This document shows positions 38,641 through 48,962 of a stretch of DNA of 64,000 bases, piece by piece (within the stretch, counting starts at the first letter, position 1; every line of letters starts with the position of its first letter). This stretch comes from Aquificaceae bacterium (GTDB lineage Bacteria; Aquificota; Aquificia; Aquificales; Aquificaceae): assembly GCA_037925075.1 (NCBI GenBank), contig JAXSNR010000002.1, forward strand, positions 96,001 to 160,000, in the 5' to 3' direction. A program made the position numbers and the translations under genes. Below the pieces are notes generated by a model, which did no database searches, had not been told where the DNA came from, and saw nothing but the letters and a program-made list of their open reading frames with translations.

Positions 38641-39322
38641 GCTCAAGGACCTTTTTTGCCGCAAGCTGTTGTGCGGACTTTTTGCTTTTCCCCTTTGCGG
38701 TAGCCCTGAACTCCCTAATAGCACATTCCACTTCAAAAACTCTGCTGTGATGTGGACCTTCTACGCTTACAACACGGTAGAGTGGTCTGTCTTTCCATCG
38801 TCTTTGCGTTTCCTCTTGAAGAAGGGTCTTGTAGTCTCTCTGGTATTCTTTGTTTTTAACCGAGGATACTATCCTTTCTCTGTACAGCCTGTTAAAGAGG
38901 TCCTTAACAAAGTCCGCAGAGCTACCACAGTCTAAGTATATGGCAGCCCACAGAGCTTCAAAGGTGTCCGCCATAAGGGAGGAGCTTATATGGTTGCTTT
39001 TCCTCTTCCCTCCGTAAAGTATATACAAATCAAGGCCTAGCTCCTCCGCAAGCTCATGAAGATAGTCCTCGCTCACAAGGTAGGACTTCATTATGGCAAG
39101 CTCCCCCTCAGAGGCGGAGGGAAACTCAGACAGAAGCACATCAACCACAAAGAAGTTTATGAGAGAATCTCCGAGAAACTCAAGGGTCTCGTAGCTTTTT
39201 GTCCCATGCTCTCCCGCATAGGACTTATGGGTAAGGGACTGAAGTAGAAGCTCAGGGTTGTTAAAGGTATAACCCAGCTTTTTTTGAAGCTCTTCAAGGC
39301 TTTTTAAAGAGGAGGCAGGCAT
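38618..39322 (-). CDS. rnc: Ribonuclease III
   Basis: [16 protein letters not shown], ds[11 protein letters not shown]...[12 protein letters not shown]; start codon uncertain. Confidence 0.95.
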   Translation of the reverse strand: MPASSLKSLEELQKKLGYTFNNPELLLQSLTHKSYAGEHGTKSYETLEFLGDSLINFFVVDVLLSEFPSASEGELAIMKSYLVSEDYLHELAEELGLDLYILYGGKRKSNHISSSLMADTFEALWAAIYLDCGSSADFVKDLFNRLYRERIVSSVKNKEYQRDYKTLLQEETQRRWKDRPLYRVVSVEGPHHSRVFEVECAIREFRATAKGKSKKSAQQLAAKKVLELIQSSED

Positions 39323-40532
39323 TGGTTCCACCAAAGCCAAAGGAATTAGAAAGGGCATATTTTACAGGGTATTCGATTGCCTTATTGGGCACATAGTCAA
39401 GATCACACTCGGGGTCTGGGTTTTCAAGGTTTATGGTGGGTGGTATTATGCCAGTTTCTACCGTCTTTACCGTTGCCACCGCTTCCACCGCACCCGCTGC
39501 ACCAAGAAGGTGCCCTATCATGGACTTATTGGAGCTTATCTTTAGCCTGTAGGCATGTTCTCCAAAAAGCCTTTTTATGGCAAGGGTTTCAGACTTGTCG
39601 TTGAGAGGTGTGGAAGTGCCGTGAGCGTTTATGTAATCTATTTCCTCGGGTTTTACCTTTGCGTTCTCCAAAGCAAGCTTCATGCACATATAGGCACCCT
39701 CACCATCCGCACAGGGAGCGGTTATATGATAGGCATCGTCGGTAGCACCGTATCCCACAAGTTCCGCGTATATTTTTGCACCCCTTGCCTTTGCATGCTC
39801 GTACTCTTCCAAAACCAAAATACCAGCTCCCTCTCCCATAACAAAGCCGTCTCTATCTTTGTCAAAGGGCCTTGATGCCTTTTGAGGTTCATGGTTTCTC
39901 GTGGATAAGGCTCTCATTGAAGCAAAGCCTGCCACACCAAGGGGAGTTACGGCACTTTCGCATCCACCTGCTATAGCCACATCAATGTCCCCCTTTTGTA
40001 TTAACCTCATGGCATCGCCTATGGCATGGTTCCCTGTCGCACAGGCGGATACCACGCAGTAGTTGGGGCCCTTAAAGCCAAACCTTATGGCTACCAAACC
40101 GCTTGCCATGTTAGAAATGCCATAGGGTATGAAAAAGGGAGAAACCCTCCTTGGACCCTTTTCCATTAGCACCTTTTGCTGTTCTTCTATATCCCTTAAT
40201 CCACCTATACCCGTGCCTATTATCACACCTACCTTGTAAGGGTCATACTTGGCTTCCAAAAGCCCGCTGTCTTTTATTGCCTCTTCGGAGGCGGCCACCG
40301 CAAACTTGATAAAGTCCGATATCTTTTGAGCGTCCTTTTTGTCAAAGTACCTTTCGGGCTCAAAGTCTCTTACCTCTCCTGCGATATGAACAGAAAGCCC
40401 TACTTCAACAGGGTCAAACCTCTTTATTATGTCTATACCGCTAACGCCTGATATTAAATTTTCCCAAAACTTCTGCACTCCGGTCCCTATGGGGGTTACA
40501 GCCCCAAGACCGGTTATCACCACACGACGCAT
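39294..40532 (-). CDS. fabF: 3-oxoacyl-ACP synthase II
   Basis: [28 protein letters not shown]. Confidence 0.97.
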   Translation of the reverse strand: MRRVVITGLGAVTPIGTGVQKFWENLISGVSGIDIIKRFDPVEVGLSVHIAGEVRDFEPERYFDKKDAQKISDFIKFAVAASEEAIKDSGLLEAKYDPYKVGVIIGTGIGGLRDIEEQQKVLMEKGPRRVSPFFIPYGISNMASGLVAIRFGFKGPNYCVVSACATGNHAIGDAMRLIQKGDIDVAIAGGCESAVTPLGVAGFASMRALSTRNHEPQKASRPFDKDRDGFVMGEGAGILVLEEYEHAKARGAKIYAELVGYGATDDAYHITAPCADGEGAYMCMKLALENAKVKPEEIDYINAHGTSTPLNDKSETLAIKRLFGEHAYRLKISSNKSMIGHLLGAAGAVEAVATVKTVETGIIPPTINLENPDPECDLDYVPNKAIEYPVKYALSNSFGFGGTNACLLFKKP

Positions 40533-40768
40533 TAGCTCTTCACTCTCTCCTTTAGGTAGTCTATAACATCGCCTACTGTTCTTATCTTTTCCGCGTCTTC
40601 GTCCGGTATTTCAATGCCAAACTCCTCCTCAAAAGCCATCACAAGCTCCACCACATCCAAAGAATCCGCACCAAGGTCTTCCACAAACTTAGCACTTGGA
40701 TTTAGTTTTTCTACCTCAACACCAAGCTGGTCTGCGATTATTTCCCTTATTCTCTGCTCCAGTTCCAT
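40532..40768 (-). CDS. acpP: Acyl carrier protein
   Basis: [12 protein letters not shown]. Confidence 0.98.
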   Translation of the reverse strand: MELEQRIREIIADQLGVEVEKLNPSAKFVEDLGADSLDVVELVMAFEEEFGIEIPDEDAEKIRTVGDVIDYLKERVKS

Positions 40769-40832
40769 TTTTTACCTCCTGCTTTTTGTGGGTAGTTGTA
40801 TTATACCACAAATTAGGGCTATAATATTAGAC

Positions 40833-41582
40833 ATGGCAGGGCATAGCCATTGGGCTCAGATAAAGCACAAGAAGGCAAAGATTGACGCGCAAAGGGGCAA
40901 GGTATTCACAAAAATAATCCGAGAAATCACCGTCGCGGTCAGGGAAGGTGGGCCAAACCCAGAGACAAACCCAAGATTAAGGGCCGCCATAGAAAACGCC
41001 AGAAGGGTTAATATGCCCACTGAGACCATAGAAAGGGCTATAAAAAAGGGTACTGGTGAACTTGCCGGAGAGAGCTACGAAGAGGTGCTTTACGAAGGGT
41101 ATGCTCCCGGTGGCGTAGCCCTTATGATACTTGCTTATACGGATAACAGAAACAGAACAACCTCAGAAGTAAGACATGTGCTTTCCAAACACGGTGGAAA
41201 CCTTGGGTCTTCTGGATGCGTTTCCTTTCTCTTTGACAGGGTAGGCATTATTGAAGTGCCAAAGGAAGGCATAAGCGAGGATGAGATGTACGAAAAGGCC
41301 ATAGAAGCTGGTGCGGAAGATGTGGAGGTGGGAGAGATTGCTTATACCTTATACACAAAGCCGGAAGACCTTTATGCGGTAAAGGAAGCCCTTGAGTCCG
41401 CTGGTTTGCAGGTGGAAAGGGCTGAAATAGCCTACAAGCCCAACACCTTGGTTCAAGTTCAGGATGTGGAGTCCGCAAAAAGGATACTTAAACTACTTGA
41501 TGCCCTTGAAGACCTTGAGGATGTAAAGGAAGTCATAGCCAACTTTGATATACCCAAGGAAATCTTGGAGCAGGTAAGCTAA
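40833..41582 (+). CDS. yebC: YebC/PmpR family protein
   Basis: MAGHSHWAQIKHKK, YEGYAPGG, TDNRNRT. Confidence 0.95.
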   Translation: MAGHSHWAQIKHKKAKIDAQRGKVFTKIIREITVAVREGGPNPETNPRLRAAIENARRVNMPTETIERAIKKGTGELAGESYEEVLYEGYAPGGVALMILAYTDNRNRTTSEVRHVLSKHGGNLGSSGCVSFLFDRVGIIEVPKEGISEDEMYEKAIEAGAEDVEVGEIAYTLYTKPEDLYAVKEALESAGLQVERAEIAYKPNTLVQVQDVESAKRILKLLDALEDLEDVKEVIANFDIPKEILEQVS

Positions 41583-42424
41583 AAGAGCCTGTCCAAGAGG
41601 ACAAATACAAAAAAGACCACACTTATGTACCCATTTACGGTAAAAAAGGCTTTGTTTATCTTGGAAAGGTCATAGGGCTTTATGAGGGAATGCTCATAGT
41701 AGAGAAACATGGCAATGCCTAAAAGTCCTAAGAGATAAACAAAACCAAGAAAATCAACCCTGAAAAGCAATGTAAGAAGGGAAAGGAAAGTAATAGCGTG
41801 GAAAAATCTGGCAATCCAGATAGCCTTTTCTATTCCAAACTTCACAGGAATGGATTTAAGGCCGTGATTTTTATCAAACTCGTAGTCCTGAAGGGCATAC
41901 AGTATATCAAAGCCCGCAACCCAAAAAGCCATAGCAAGCCCAAGGATCAGGGCGTTTGAGGAGATATGTTCGTTAAAGGATACATCTATGGCTAAGGGAA
42001 TGAGAAAATAAACTCCTCCAAGCACCAAATGAGGGTAGTAGGTTATCCTCTTGGCATAAGGATAAAGCCATAGAAGAAAAAGCACCAAAGGAGCAAGCAA
42101 AAAGGCATAAAGGTTTATCATAAGGGTAGAAAGGAGAAAAACTCCACCAGATAGGAAGATAAGTCTTTTTATGCTTTCCTCTGAGACCTCGCCCTTTGCA
42201 TGAACCCACTGGTTTGTCCTTGGGTTTAGCCTGTCTATGGGAAGATCTATAAGCCTGTTGAGTGCCATGCCGGCGGTTCTGGCACTTATGAAGGCAATGA
42301 GCACCCAGAAAAGCCTCCAAGAGGAAGGCACTTGCTCATACAGTAAGACAATGCTGGCAAGGGCAAAGGGAAGGGCAAAAATGGTGTGTTCAAACTTTAC
42401 AAGTTCAAGGTATTTCTTGTTCAT
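41579..42424 (-). CDS. UbiA-family prenyltransferase (MqnP-like)
   Basis: KFEHTIFALPFA, NRLIDLPIDRLNPRT, FDILYALQD. Confidence 0.9.
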   Translation of the reverse strand: MNKKYLELVKFEHTIFALPFALASIVLLYEQVPSSWRLFWVLIAFISARTAGMALNRLIDLPIDRLNPRTNQWVHAKGEVSEESIKRLIFLSGGVFLLSTLMINLYAFLLAPLVLFLLWLYPYAKRITYYPHLVLGGVYFLIPLAIDVSFNEHISSNALILGLAMAFWVAGFDILYALQDYEFDKNHGLKSIPVKFGIEKAIWIARFFHAITFLSLLTLLFRVDFLGFVYLLGLLGIAMFLYYEHSLIKPYDLSKINKAFFTVNGYISVVFFVFVLLDRLF

Positions 42425-42490
42425 GTTTAGAAGTCTCAACCTTACCATAATATCATAAAACTTCAGCCACCTTGGGTTTATATTATATGT

Positions 42491-43366
42491 ATGCTTGACA
42501 TAAAGGAAAGAGACCCACTTAGCAATCTTGTGCTTGAGGTTCTGGATGACCCATCCAAGAAGGAGATGGTTTTTTATCTTCTATGTTATTCACAGCTTGT
42601 GAAGAGAGAGGGAAATCCAAGTGTGGAGCTTGAAAAGTTTCTGTCCTGTGCCTACAGAAACTTCCGGAATGCAAGGAACTACTGGAAAGATGTGCTTGTG
42701 GAGATGAACCTCTTCGTCATATCGGACCTTTATGGGAACATATATGTGGGAAAGGATATATACAGGGTGGAGGAGGGTGGCATATACCTTATAACCATAA
42801 GAAGCGAATATCTTAACCTTCTTGAAATCATAAGTCAGAAAGCTCTAAGAATTTGGAACATACTTAGCAGAACAATCATCTACAGAAAGCACCTAACCGC
42901 ACAAGATGCGGTGGTTATATCAACCATGATGTTCAACGAAGGTCTTTATGAAGAGCTGAAGAGTTATTGTGAAATCTGTGTAGAAAGGTATCCAGCGGAG
43001 AGAAAGTACTTTAACCTGCTATCTAGACTTGCGAGCCTCTATCTTGGTCATGTAAGGCAGACCATTAGGGAATTGAGAGAAATTCATCAAGAAACACAGG
43101 CACTTGGAAATGTATACTATGGGTTTAACCTTCTTAAGCTTAAGAAGGACCTTGAGACCCTAATTAGAAGGGTAGAAACAGGAAGGGCTATAAGCCCACT
43201 AAAGATAGAGTTCATAAGCCAAAAGAGAAAAAGAAAAAGCTGGTTAAGAGCAATTTTCAGTAAGCTTAGAGAAATAGTGAATAAAGTCTTTGGCAGAGAT
43301 GAGGGTAGGTATTTCTTTGAGGGGGGTCTATGTTCAAAGAATTTTCGGACCCAATACACGAGCTGA
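42491..43366 (+). CDS. Hypothetical protein, possible degenerate DUF309-like C-terminal part
   Basis: 291-aa ORF; MFNEGLYEEL segment. Confidence 0.6.
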   Translation: MLDIKERDPLSNLVLEVLDDPSKKEMVFYLLCYSQLVKREGNPSVELEKFLSCAYRNFRNARNYWKDVLVEMNLFVISDLYGNIYVGKDIYRVEEGGIYLITIRSEYLNLLEIISQKALRIWNILSRTIIYRKHLTAQDAVVISTMMFNEGLYEELKSYCEICVERYPAERKYFNLLSRLASLYLGHVRQTIRELREIHQETQALGNVYYGFNLLKLKKDLETLIRRVETGRAISPLKIEFISQKRKRKSWLRAIFSKLREIVNKVFGRDEGRYFFEGGLCSKNFRTQYTS

Positions 43367-44436
43367 TAAAGGCCTACGACTGCGAAATAAAGGTAATAGA
43401 CAGTTTTCCCCTTCAAAGGCTTAGGTTTATAAGTCAGTTGGGTATAGCCTATCTGGTTTTTCCCTCCGCACAGCACAGCAGGTTTGAACACTCTCTTGGT
43501 ACTATGGAGCTTGCTGGGAGAATATACCACAGTCTTGGGCTTAAAGAGGAGAGGCTTTACAAGATTGTAAGGCTTGCGGGTCTTTTGCATGACATTGGAC
43601 ACACGCCCTTTTCTCATACCACTGAGGTTCTTCTTGGAGACAAAAGCCATGAGCAAATTGGGGAAAAAGTGCTTTACGAAGAAGGACTGGCGGACACGCT
43701 TAAAAAATGTGGATACTCTCAAGAAGAAGTTGAGCTCATCGCAGAACTTGCCTTTAGGAAGGGCAATAACCTACCGAATATAATCACCGGGGAGTTCGGA
43801 GCGGACAGGATGGATTACCTCAGAAGAGATGCCTACTTTTGCGGGACTTCTTACGGCTTTTTTGACTACAGCAGGCTTTTGGAAAATATGGTGCTTGTGG
43901 ATGGCAAAAAATGCGTTCATATAAGTGCTCTCAGAGCTTTGGAAAGCTTTGTTCTTGGAAGGTATTTTATGTACTCTCAGGTTTACTTTCATAAGGTGGT
44001 GCGTATACTAAACATACACTTGGAAGAGGCCATTCAAGACTTTTTGGAGAAGGGGCTTTTGAAAGAGGACTTTTACAGAAAAACAGACCACCATATTCTC
44101 CATCTTATGTTGGATAGGTATTTAGAGGAGAAGGTAAGAAGGGTGTTAGGAAGGGAGCATTTTAGAGAGGTCATTTTTACCGCATCAAAGGAGCGGTTTG
44201 AATTTATAAAAGAAAGGCTTTTGGAGAAGTACGAGGAGAGTCTTCTGAGGTTTGACTACGCAAGCAAAAGGGTGTTGGACGAAGACATACCCATATGGGA
44301 TGGACATGAGCTGTTTAGTATAAAAGAGGTGTCTCCTATCGTCGCCTCTTTGGAAAACATAAGGCTTTACAGAATATACGCACATCCAAGCTATAAGGAA
44401 GAGATTAAAGATTATGTTAAGAAGGTATCTAAGTAG
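43330..44436 (+). CDS. HD-superfamily phosphohydrolase (dNTP triphosphohydrolase-like)
   Basis: DPIH, QRLR.I.QLG, HSRFEHSLG, LLHDIGHTPFSH, DRMDYLRRD. Confidence 0.92.
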   Translation: MFKEFSDPIHELIKAYDCEIKVIDSFPLQRLRFISQLGIAYLVFPSAQHSRFEHSLGTMELAGRIYHSLGLKEERLYKIVRLAGLLHDIGHTPFSHTTEVLLGDKSHEQIGEKVLYEEGLADTLKKCGYSQEEVELIAELAFRKGNNLPNIITGEFGADRMDYLRRDAYFCGTSYGFFDYSRLLENMVLVDGKKCVHISALRALESFVLGRYFMYSQVYFHKVVRILNIHLEEAIQDFLEKGLLKEDFYRKTDHHILHLMLDRYLEEKVRRVLGREHFREVIFTASKERFEFIKERLLEKYEESLLRFDYASKRVLDEDIPIWDGHELFSIKEVSPIVASLENIRLYRIYAHPSYKEEIKDYVKKVSK

Positions 44437-46348
44437 TTCTCGCCTGACCGTCATAATGCTCGTACGCCTTACCTCGCTCGTGGGCATAATGTCTTTGTGG
44501 AATGTAGCAGACCCCATATACTTCTTTGGTTTTTCTCTGCTCTACTTTGTTGGCGTGCCCATGGACATAAGGGCTATATACCCTGTGAGAAGGCTATTCC
44601 TAAACCTTTTTAGTATTGTTTTGACCCTGTACTTTCTATCTTTTCTCAGCTTTGAGGACCTTCTTAAGCCCTTCTCCCATGTGGTGCTCTTGCTTCTTTC
44701 CATAAAGAGCCTTGAGGAGAAAAAGCCCAGAGACCTCTATCAGATGCTTCTTCTGAGCCTGTTTGCGGTGTCCATATCCACTGCTTACAACTTGAGCCTT
44801 GGCTTTCTCTTGGTCTTCCTCCTCCACAGCCTTCTTGGTGTTTCTTCCCTTGTCTTTCTAAACCTATACAGAACCACCGGAGAAAGAAAGCTTGAGCTAT
44901 ATGTATACAGGCATTTTGGTCTATCAAGCCTTACGCTTTTTCTTCTTGTTGCCCTTTTTACCCTCCCCTTTTTCTTCTTCCTTCCAAGAACCCAGACCCC
45001 TCTCTTTGACCTACTTTCCAGAGGTAGCGGTCTCAAAACAGGTCTTGCAGACAGTGTAAGCCTTGGAAAGGTGGGAGAGATACAGGAGGACAACACGGTG
45101 GCTTTTAGAATCTATGGGCTTCCTCAAGGTACAAAAGACCCTTACTGGAGGGCTATGGTCTTTGGAAGCTATGTGAAGAACACATGGGTAAAGGTGAATG
45201 AGGAAGCCTACAGTATGCCCTCAGGAGGTGGGGATATAGTCTATACCCTTGTGCTTGAACCTTCTTATAACAACCTAATACCAGCCCTTGACTATCCACA
45301 CAGAGTCCTAAGCGTAGAGGGTCTACAAGCCAACGCCTACATAACCACGGGAAACACCCTACGCCTTACCAAAGAAATAAGCAGAACCATAAGGGTAAGG
45401 CTAAGTTCTTCAAAAACCCTATGGCTTTGGGAAAACCCGCAAGATTACCTGCAAGTGCCACCAGACATAAGCCCCAACCTAAGAAGGCTTGCCAGCGAAC
45501 TATCCAAAGGTACAAAGGATGATACGGAAAAGCTACAAAGGGTTGTAAAACACTTTTCTAAGGGATACGGCTACACTCTTAAGCTGGAAAAGTACGAGGT
45601 AGACCCCCTCGACTACTTTGTGTTTGTGTCAAAAAAAGGTAACTGCGAGTACTATGCCTCCGCCACAGCTTTACTTTTGAGGCTTATGGGTGTGCCAGCC
45701 AGAGTGGTGGGTGGCTTCAAGGGAGCCCTTTGGAACCCATACGGAGGCTATCACATAGTGACCAACTCCATGGCTCACGTATGGGTAGAAGCATACGTGG
45801 GAGGACAGTGGCTAAGGGTAGACACAACCCCTCCCTATGTATCTCCTGCGGTAAAGGAAATCTCCACCCTTGCCCTCGTAAGGGACTACATAGTGAGCTT
45901 TTGGTATTCCAACATCGTGGGCTACTCCTCAGAAAAGCAGATAAGTCTTTTTAAAAGCATAGGAACAGGTCTGAGGGCGGAGTTGAGGGTGGAAAAACTG
46001 AGGACAAGGCTTGCTCAGATATTTCAAATTTTTCTCTTAGCATCCGCCCTTTATCTTACCCTTTTCCTTTTTCAAAGATGGAGGAAAACTCCAGAGAACC
46101 TTTATCGAAACACTAAAGAATTACTGGTAAAGGAAAAACTAGTACCAAGGGATGCACTCCCAGAAGAGATAATATCCACCTTAAAGAACACAGACCTGCA
46201 CAAGCATGTGAAGTTTATAATCTCCATATATCAAAGATACAGATATTCCCCCTACAAGTTATACTCCGACGAGATAGAGGAAGGTTACAGGATGCTAAAG
46301 AAACTGAAAGACCTTATCCGTAGTTCTCGTCGCTCCGAACCCTTATGA
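44414..46348 (+). CDS. TgpA-like DUF3488/transglutaminase membrane protein
   Basis: Multi-TM N-half; [31 protein letters not shown]. Confidence 0.9.
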   Translation: MLRRYLSSSRLTVIMLVRLTSLVGIMSLWNVADPIYFFGFSLLYFVGVPMDIRAIYPVRRLFLNLFSIVLTLYFLSFLSFEDLLKPFSHVVLLLLSIKSLEEKKPRDLYQMLLLSLFAVSISTAYNLSLGFLLVFLLHSLLGVSSLVFLNLYRTTGERKLELYVYRHFGLSSLTLFLLVALFTLPFFFFLPRTQTPLFDLLSRGSGLKTGLADSVSLGKVGEIQEDNTVAFRIYGLPQGTKDPYWRAMVFGSYVKNTWVKVNEEAYSMPSGGGDIVYTLVLEPSYNNLIPALDYPHRVLSVEGLQANAYITTGNTLRLTKEISRTIRVRLSSSKTLWLWENPQDYLQVPPDISPNLRRLASELSKGTKDDTEKLQRVVKHFSKGYGYTLKLEKYEVDPLDYFVFVSKKGNCEYYASATALLLRLMGVPARVVGGFKGALWNPYGGYHIVTNSMAHVWVEAYVGGQWLRVDTTPPYVSPAVKEISTLALVRDYIVSFWYSNIVGYSSEKQISLFKSIGTGLRAELRVEKLRTRLAQIFQIFLLASALYLTLFLFQRWRKTPENLYRNTKELLVKEKLVPRDALPEEIISTLKNTDLHKHVKFIISIYQRYRYSPYKLYSDEIEEGYRMLKKLKDLIRSSRRSEPL

Positions 46349-46694
46349 GAGTATGCACATTACCCCTTGGGTTGAAATCTCCAATCACCTCAAGAAACCT
46401 AGGTTTTAAAGTTTCGTACAAAGCGGTGTATATCTCGTTGGTTGCCTGCTCATGAGAAATGTAGCGGTTTCTAAACTTGTTAAGCCAAAGCTTTAAAGAC
46501 CTAAGCTCTATTATGTACTTGTCAGGTATGTATCTTATCTTTATAGTCGCATAGTCAGGATAGCCAGACCGAGGGCAAAGGCAAGAAAACTCGGGAAAGG
46601 TTATTTCAATCATGTAGTTTCTCTCGGGTGTAGGATTTTCCCAAGGCTCAAGCTGAGCCTCTTCTATGGCAATCTCTCCGTACTTTTTCTCCAT
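46314..46694 (-). CDS. queF: PreQ0 reductase
   Basis: [29 protein letters not shown]. Confidence 0.95.
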   Translation of the reverse strand: MEKKYGEIAIEEAQLEPWENPTPERNYMIEITFPEFSCLCPRSGYPDYATIKIRYIPDKYIIELRSLKLWLNKFRNRYISHEQATNEIYTALYETLKPRFLEVIGDFNPRGNVHTLIRVRSDENYG

Positions 46695-46696
46695 GT

Positions 46697-47986
46697 CTAA
46701 TAACTTAAGCTTGTGGCTTGTTTTCTGTCAAGTTTTTGGCATTTCAAAAGCACATACACGCCATCAAACTCCCTTCCTTTTAGAATAGGTACGCATTGAG
46801 GAAATTCCTTAAGGTATTTCTCCTTTGTTATCAAAAGGCCAGTAGCCTTTTGTGAGTCTTCCAACTTTTCTATGCATCTTTGGGAATAAAAGACCAAAGC
46901 GGAGTCCTCAGCCCTGTAAAAGTATGCGGATCCTTGGTAGGCTTTTACTATGGAGTAAGCTTTTGGCGTAAACCTTTCCTTTTCGTAAAGGTACAAGGCT
47001 AAGGTAAGCACAAAGACTGAAGCGATGGAGATTCCCAGCACCCTTTTAAGATAGCCATCTTTTACCACATGAGCCAGCATTATGGCTACGGGCGGGTATG
47101 AAAGAAGTATGTAATGGTGTAGCCTGTTTTTGGCAAGGCTAAAGAAGATAAGAACAAGGGAAAACCACAGCAAAAGGGGAAGCCATTCCCTCCTAAAGTT
47201 TTTTACAAGTTTTGGATAAAAGGGAATGTACCAAAGGGTAGCCACCACAAGGACAAGAAGGTAGTAGTAAAGGGGTGCAGTATGGGTAGACCTTTGCCCT
47301 GTGTACCTCATTAGGTTTTCGTAGATGAAAAACCTATAAAAGTACTCATAACCATGTTGGAATATCATAAGACCATACCAAGAAAAACCTATCAGGATGA
47401 AGAGAAGAAGGCCGGCGGGCTTTACAAAATCAAGCCTCCTTTTCCACAGAAGGTATATACCAACAGAAAGCATCACGCCTACGGGTCCCTTTGTAAGGAA
47501 GGCAAAAGCAAGGGCAACCCAGCCAAGAATAAACCTCTCTCTCAAAAAGGAATACAGACCAAGCATGGCAAAAAGGGTGTTTAACATCTCTGGAACCACA
47601 GCCCTCGCTTCAATCCACAGGTGAGGGAAAGTCATAAGAAGGAAAGCGGACCTTATGGCAGTATCCTTGGAGATAAAGTCTTTGGCTATCAGATATGTAA
47701 GCAAAACCACACCCAAGGCGGAAAGACCAGAAACAAGCCTTGCGGAAAACTCGTTGGGACCAAAGAGGTAGGAGGAAAGGGCTACCATCCAATAGAGCAT
47801 GGGAGGCTTTTCAAACCTTGGCTGACAGTTGTACAGTGGGGAAACAAAATCTTTGCCTTTTAACATATTTCGCACCGCGTCCATGTTCCTGCCTTCATCA
47901 AGGGAGGTAAAGGAAAGAACCCAATTACCAAAGAGGAAAAGGAAAAGAGAAAGGGTCAAAATATAAGGCATACCAAAAGGAAACAT
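46697..47986 (-). CDS. ArnT/GT83-like polyprenol-phosphate glycosyltransferase
   Basis: DEGR, RFEKPP, FSARL, LTKGPVG. Confidence 0.88.
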   Translation of the reverse strand: MFPFGMPYILTLSLFLFLFGNWVLSFTSLDEGRNMDAVRNMLKGKDFVSPLYNCQPRFEKPPMLYWMVALSSYLFGPNEFSARLVSGLSALGVVLLTYLIAKDFISKDTAIRSAFLLMTFPHLWIEARAVVPEMLNTLFAMLGLYSFLRERFILGWVALAFAFLTKGPVGVMLSVGIYLLWKRRLDFVKPAGLLLFILIGFSWYGLMIFQHGYEYFYRFFIYENLMRYTGQRSTHTAPLYYYLLVLVVATLWYIPFYPKLVKNFRREWLPLLLWFSLVLIFFSLAKNRLHHYILLSYPPVAIMLAHVVKDGYLKRVLGISIASVFVLTLALYLYEKERFTPKAYSIVKAYQGSAYFYRAEDSALVFYSQRCIEKLEDSQKATGLLITKEKYLKEFPQCVPILKGREFDGVYVLLKCQKLDRKQATSLSY

Positions 47987-48459
47987 ACCACACCTATAGA
48001 CCAGCCAGCAATAACATCCAGTGGGAAATGGACACCCATATAAATCCTGCCATAGCCTATAAGGAGAGGGTAAGCTACTATCAAAGGTTTGAGAAGATTG
48101 GGAAATGTTTCAAAAAGACATAGGGCTATTGTCATGGCCATGGCGGAATCTCCAGAGGGGAAGGACTTTAGGCTAAGCCTTTCAAGAAGATAAACATCTT
48201 TAAAAACCGCAGAGGGCCTTTTTACCCTAAGGGTGTACTTAAAAGCCTTGACCACAAGAGTCTGCAAAGACATGGCAATAAGGTACTTTACAAGGCGTGG
48301 GTCGTGCAAGGCAAAAAGGACAAAGCCCACAAAAACACCAAACCAACCCTTTCCAAGAAGGTAAAAGTGCTTGTAAAAGACATCAATAAGGGGATGTCTG
48401 CTGTGATTTATGAGATAAAAAAGTCTGTAATTGAGAGGAAAGTTTTCTATGTTTATCAT
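47956..48459 (-). CDS. PAP2 phosphatase, LpxE-like
   Basis: KYTLRVKRP, SFPSGD, RIYMGVHFPLD. Confidence 0.88.
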   Translation of the reverse strand: MINIENFPLNYRLFYLINHSRHPLIDVFYKHFYLLGKGWFGVFVGFVLFALHDPRLVKYLIAMSLQTLVVKAFKYTLRVKRPSAVFKDVYLLERLSLKSFPSGDSAMAMTIALCLFETFPNLLKPLIVAYPLLIGYGRIYMGVHFPLDVIAGWSIGVVCFLLVCLIF

Positions 48460-48911
48460 GTATACTTGTAAACTATCTTACCCCTTTGGACCTCCTCCGG
48501 CACCAAGACCACTTTTTGATCGCTCATGAAGGATACAAAACCCTCTATAAGTCCCGCAAAGAAGTAAATTACGGGAGAATTTATAAGGTCTTCACCCACT
48601 ATGGCATCGGTAAATATGTCCTCTTCCGCAATAACTTTTCCTTCTTCCTTTCTTATGGATTTGGAAAATCCAAGGTCTTCAAGGATTATACATGCACGCC
48701 TAAGTGCCTCTTCCTTGTTCAACGTCTCGGGGAAATGTCCTATGAGGCTTTCTAACAGTCTGGGTCCCGCTTGCCTACCCGCATCACGCATGACAGCCTT
48801 GGCTCCTTTGTCTCCTATAAGGTTTTTAACACCTTCCGCCATGTTAACTATAGCAAGAAGTAGAATGTCAGAATCCACCATATCTTCACCCTCCTCCCCA
48901 AATTTTAGCAT
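48456..48911 (-). CDS. V4R-like ligand-binding-fold hypothetical protein
   Basis: LIGDKGAKAVMRDAGRQAG...LGF...FFAGLIEGF pattern. Confidence 0.55.
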   Translation of the reverse strand: MLKFGEEGEDMVDSDILLLAIVNMAEGVKNLIGDKGAKAVMRDAGRQAGPRLLESLIGHFPETLNKEEALRRACIILEDLGFSKSIRKEEGKVIAEEDIFTDAIVGEDLINSPVIYFFAGLIEGFVSFMSDQKVVLVPEEVQRGKIVYKYT

Positions 48912-48917
48912 ATCCTT

Positions 48918-48935
48918 TATGATTTAGCTATCATA
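48918..48935. promoter_or_regulatory. Palindrome TATGAT-N6-ATCATA, candidate operator
   Basis: TATGATTTAGCTATCATA immediately upstream of the 48911 start. Confidence 0.35.
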
Positions 48936-48962
48936 GATGCTTATATATTCTATAAGACTGGC

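Noticed and set aside
40614..40832. N-terminal extension of the yebC ORF (likewise ORF-track extensions of tkt, frdB, lysS, queD, resB, nirDL, cytochrome c, DUF2905)
   Set aside because: The extensions overlap neighbouring genes or promoters; family N-termini and SD/-10 positions support downstream starts.
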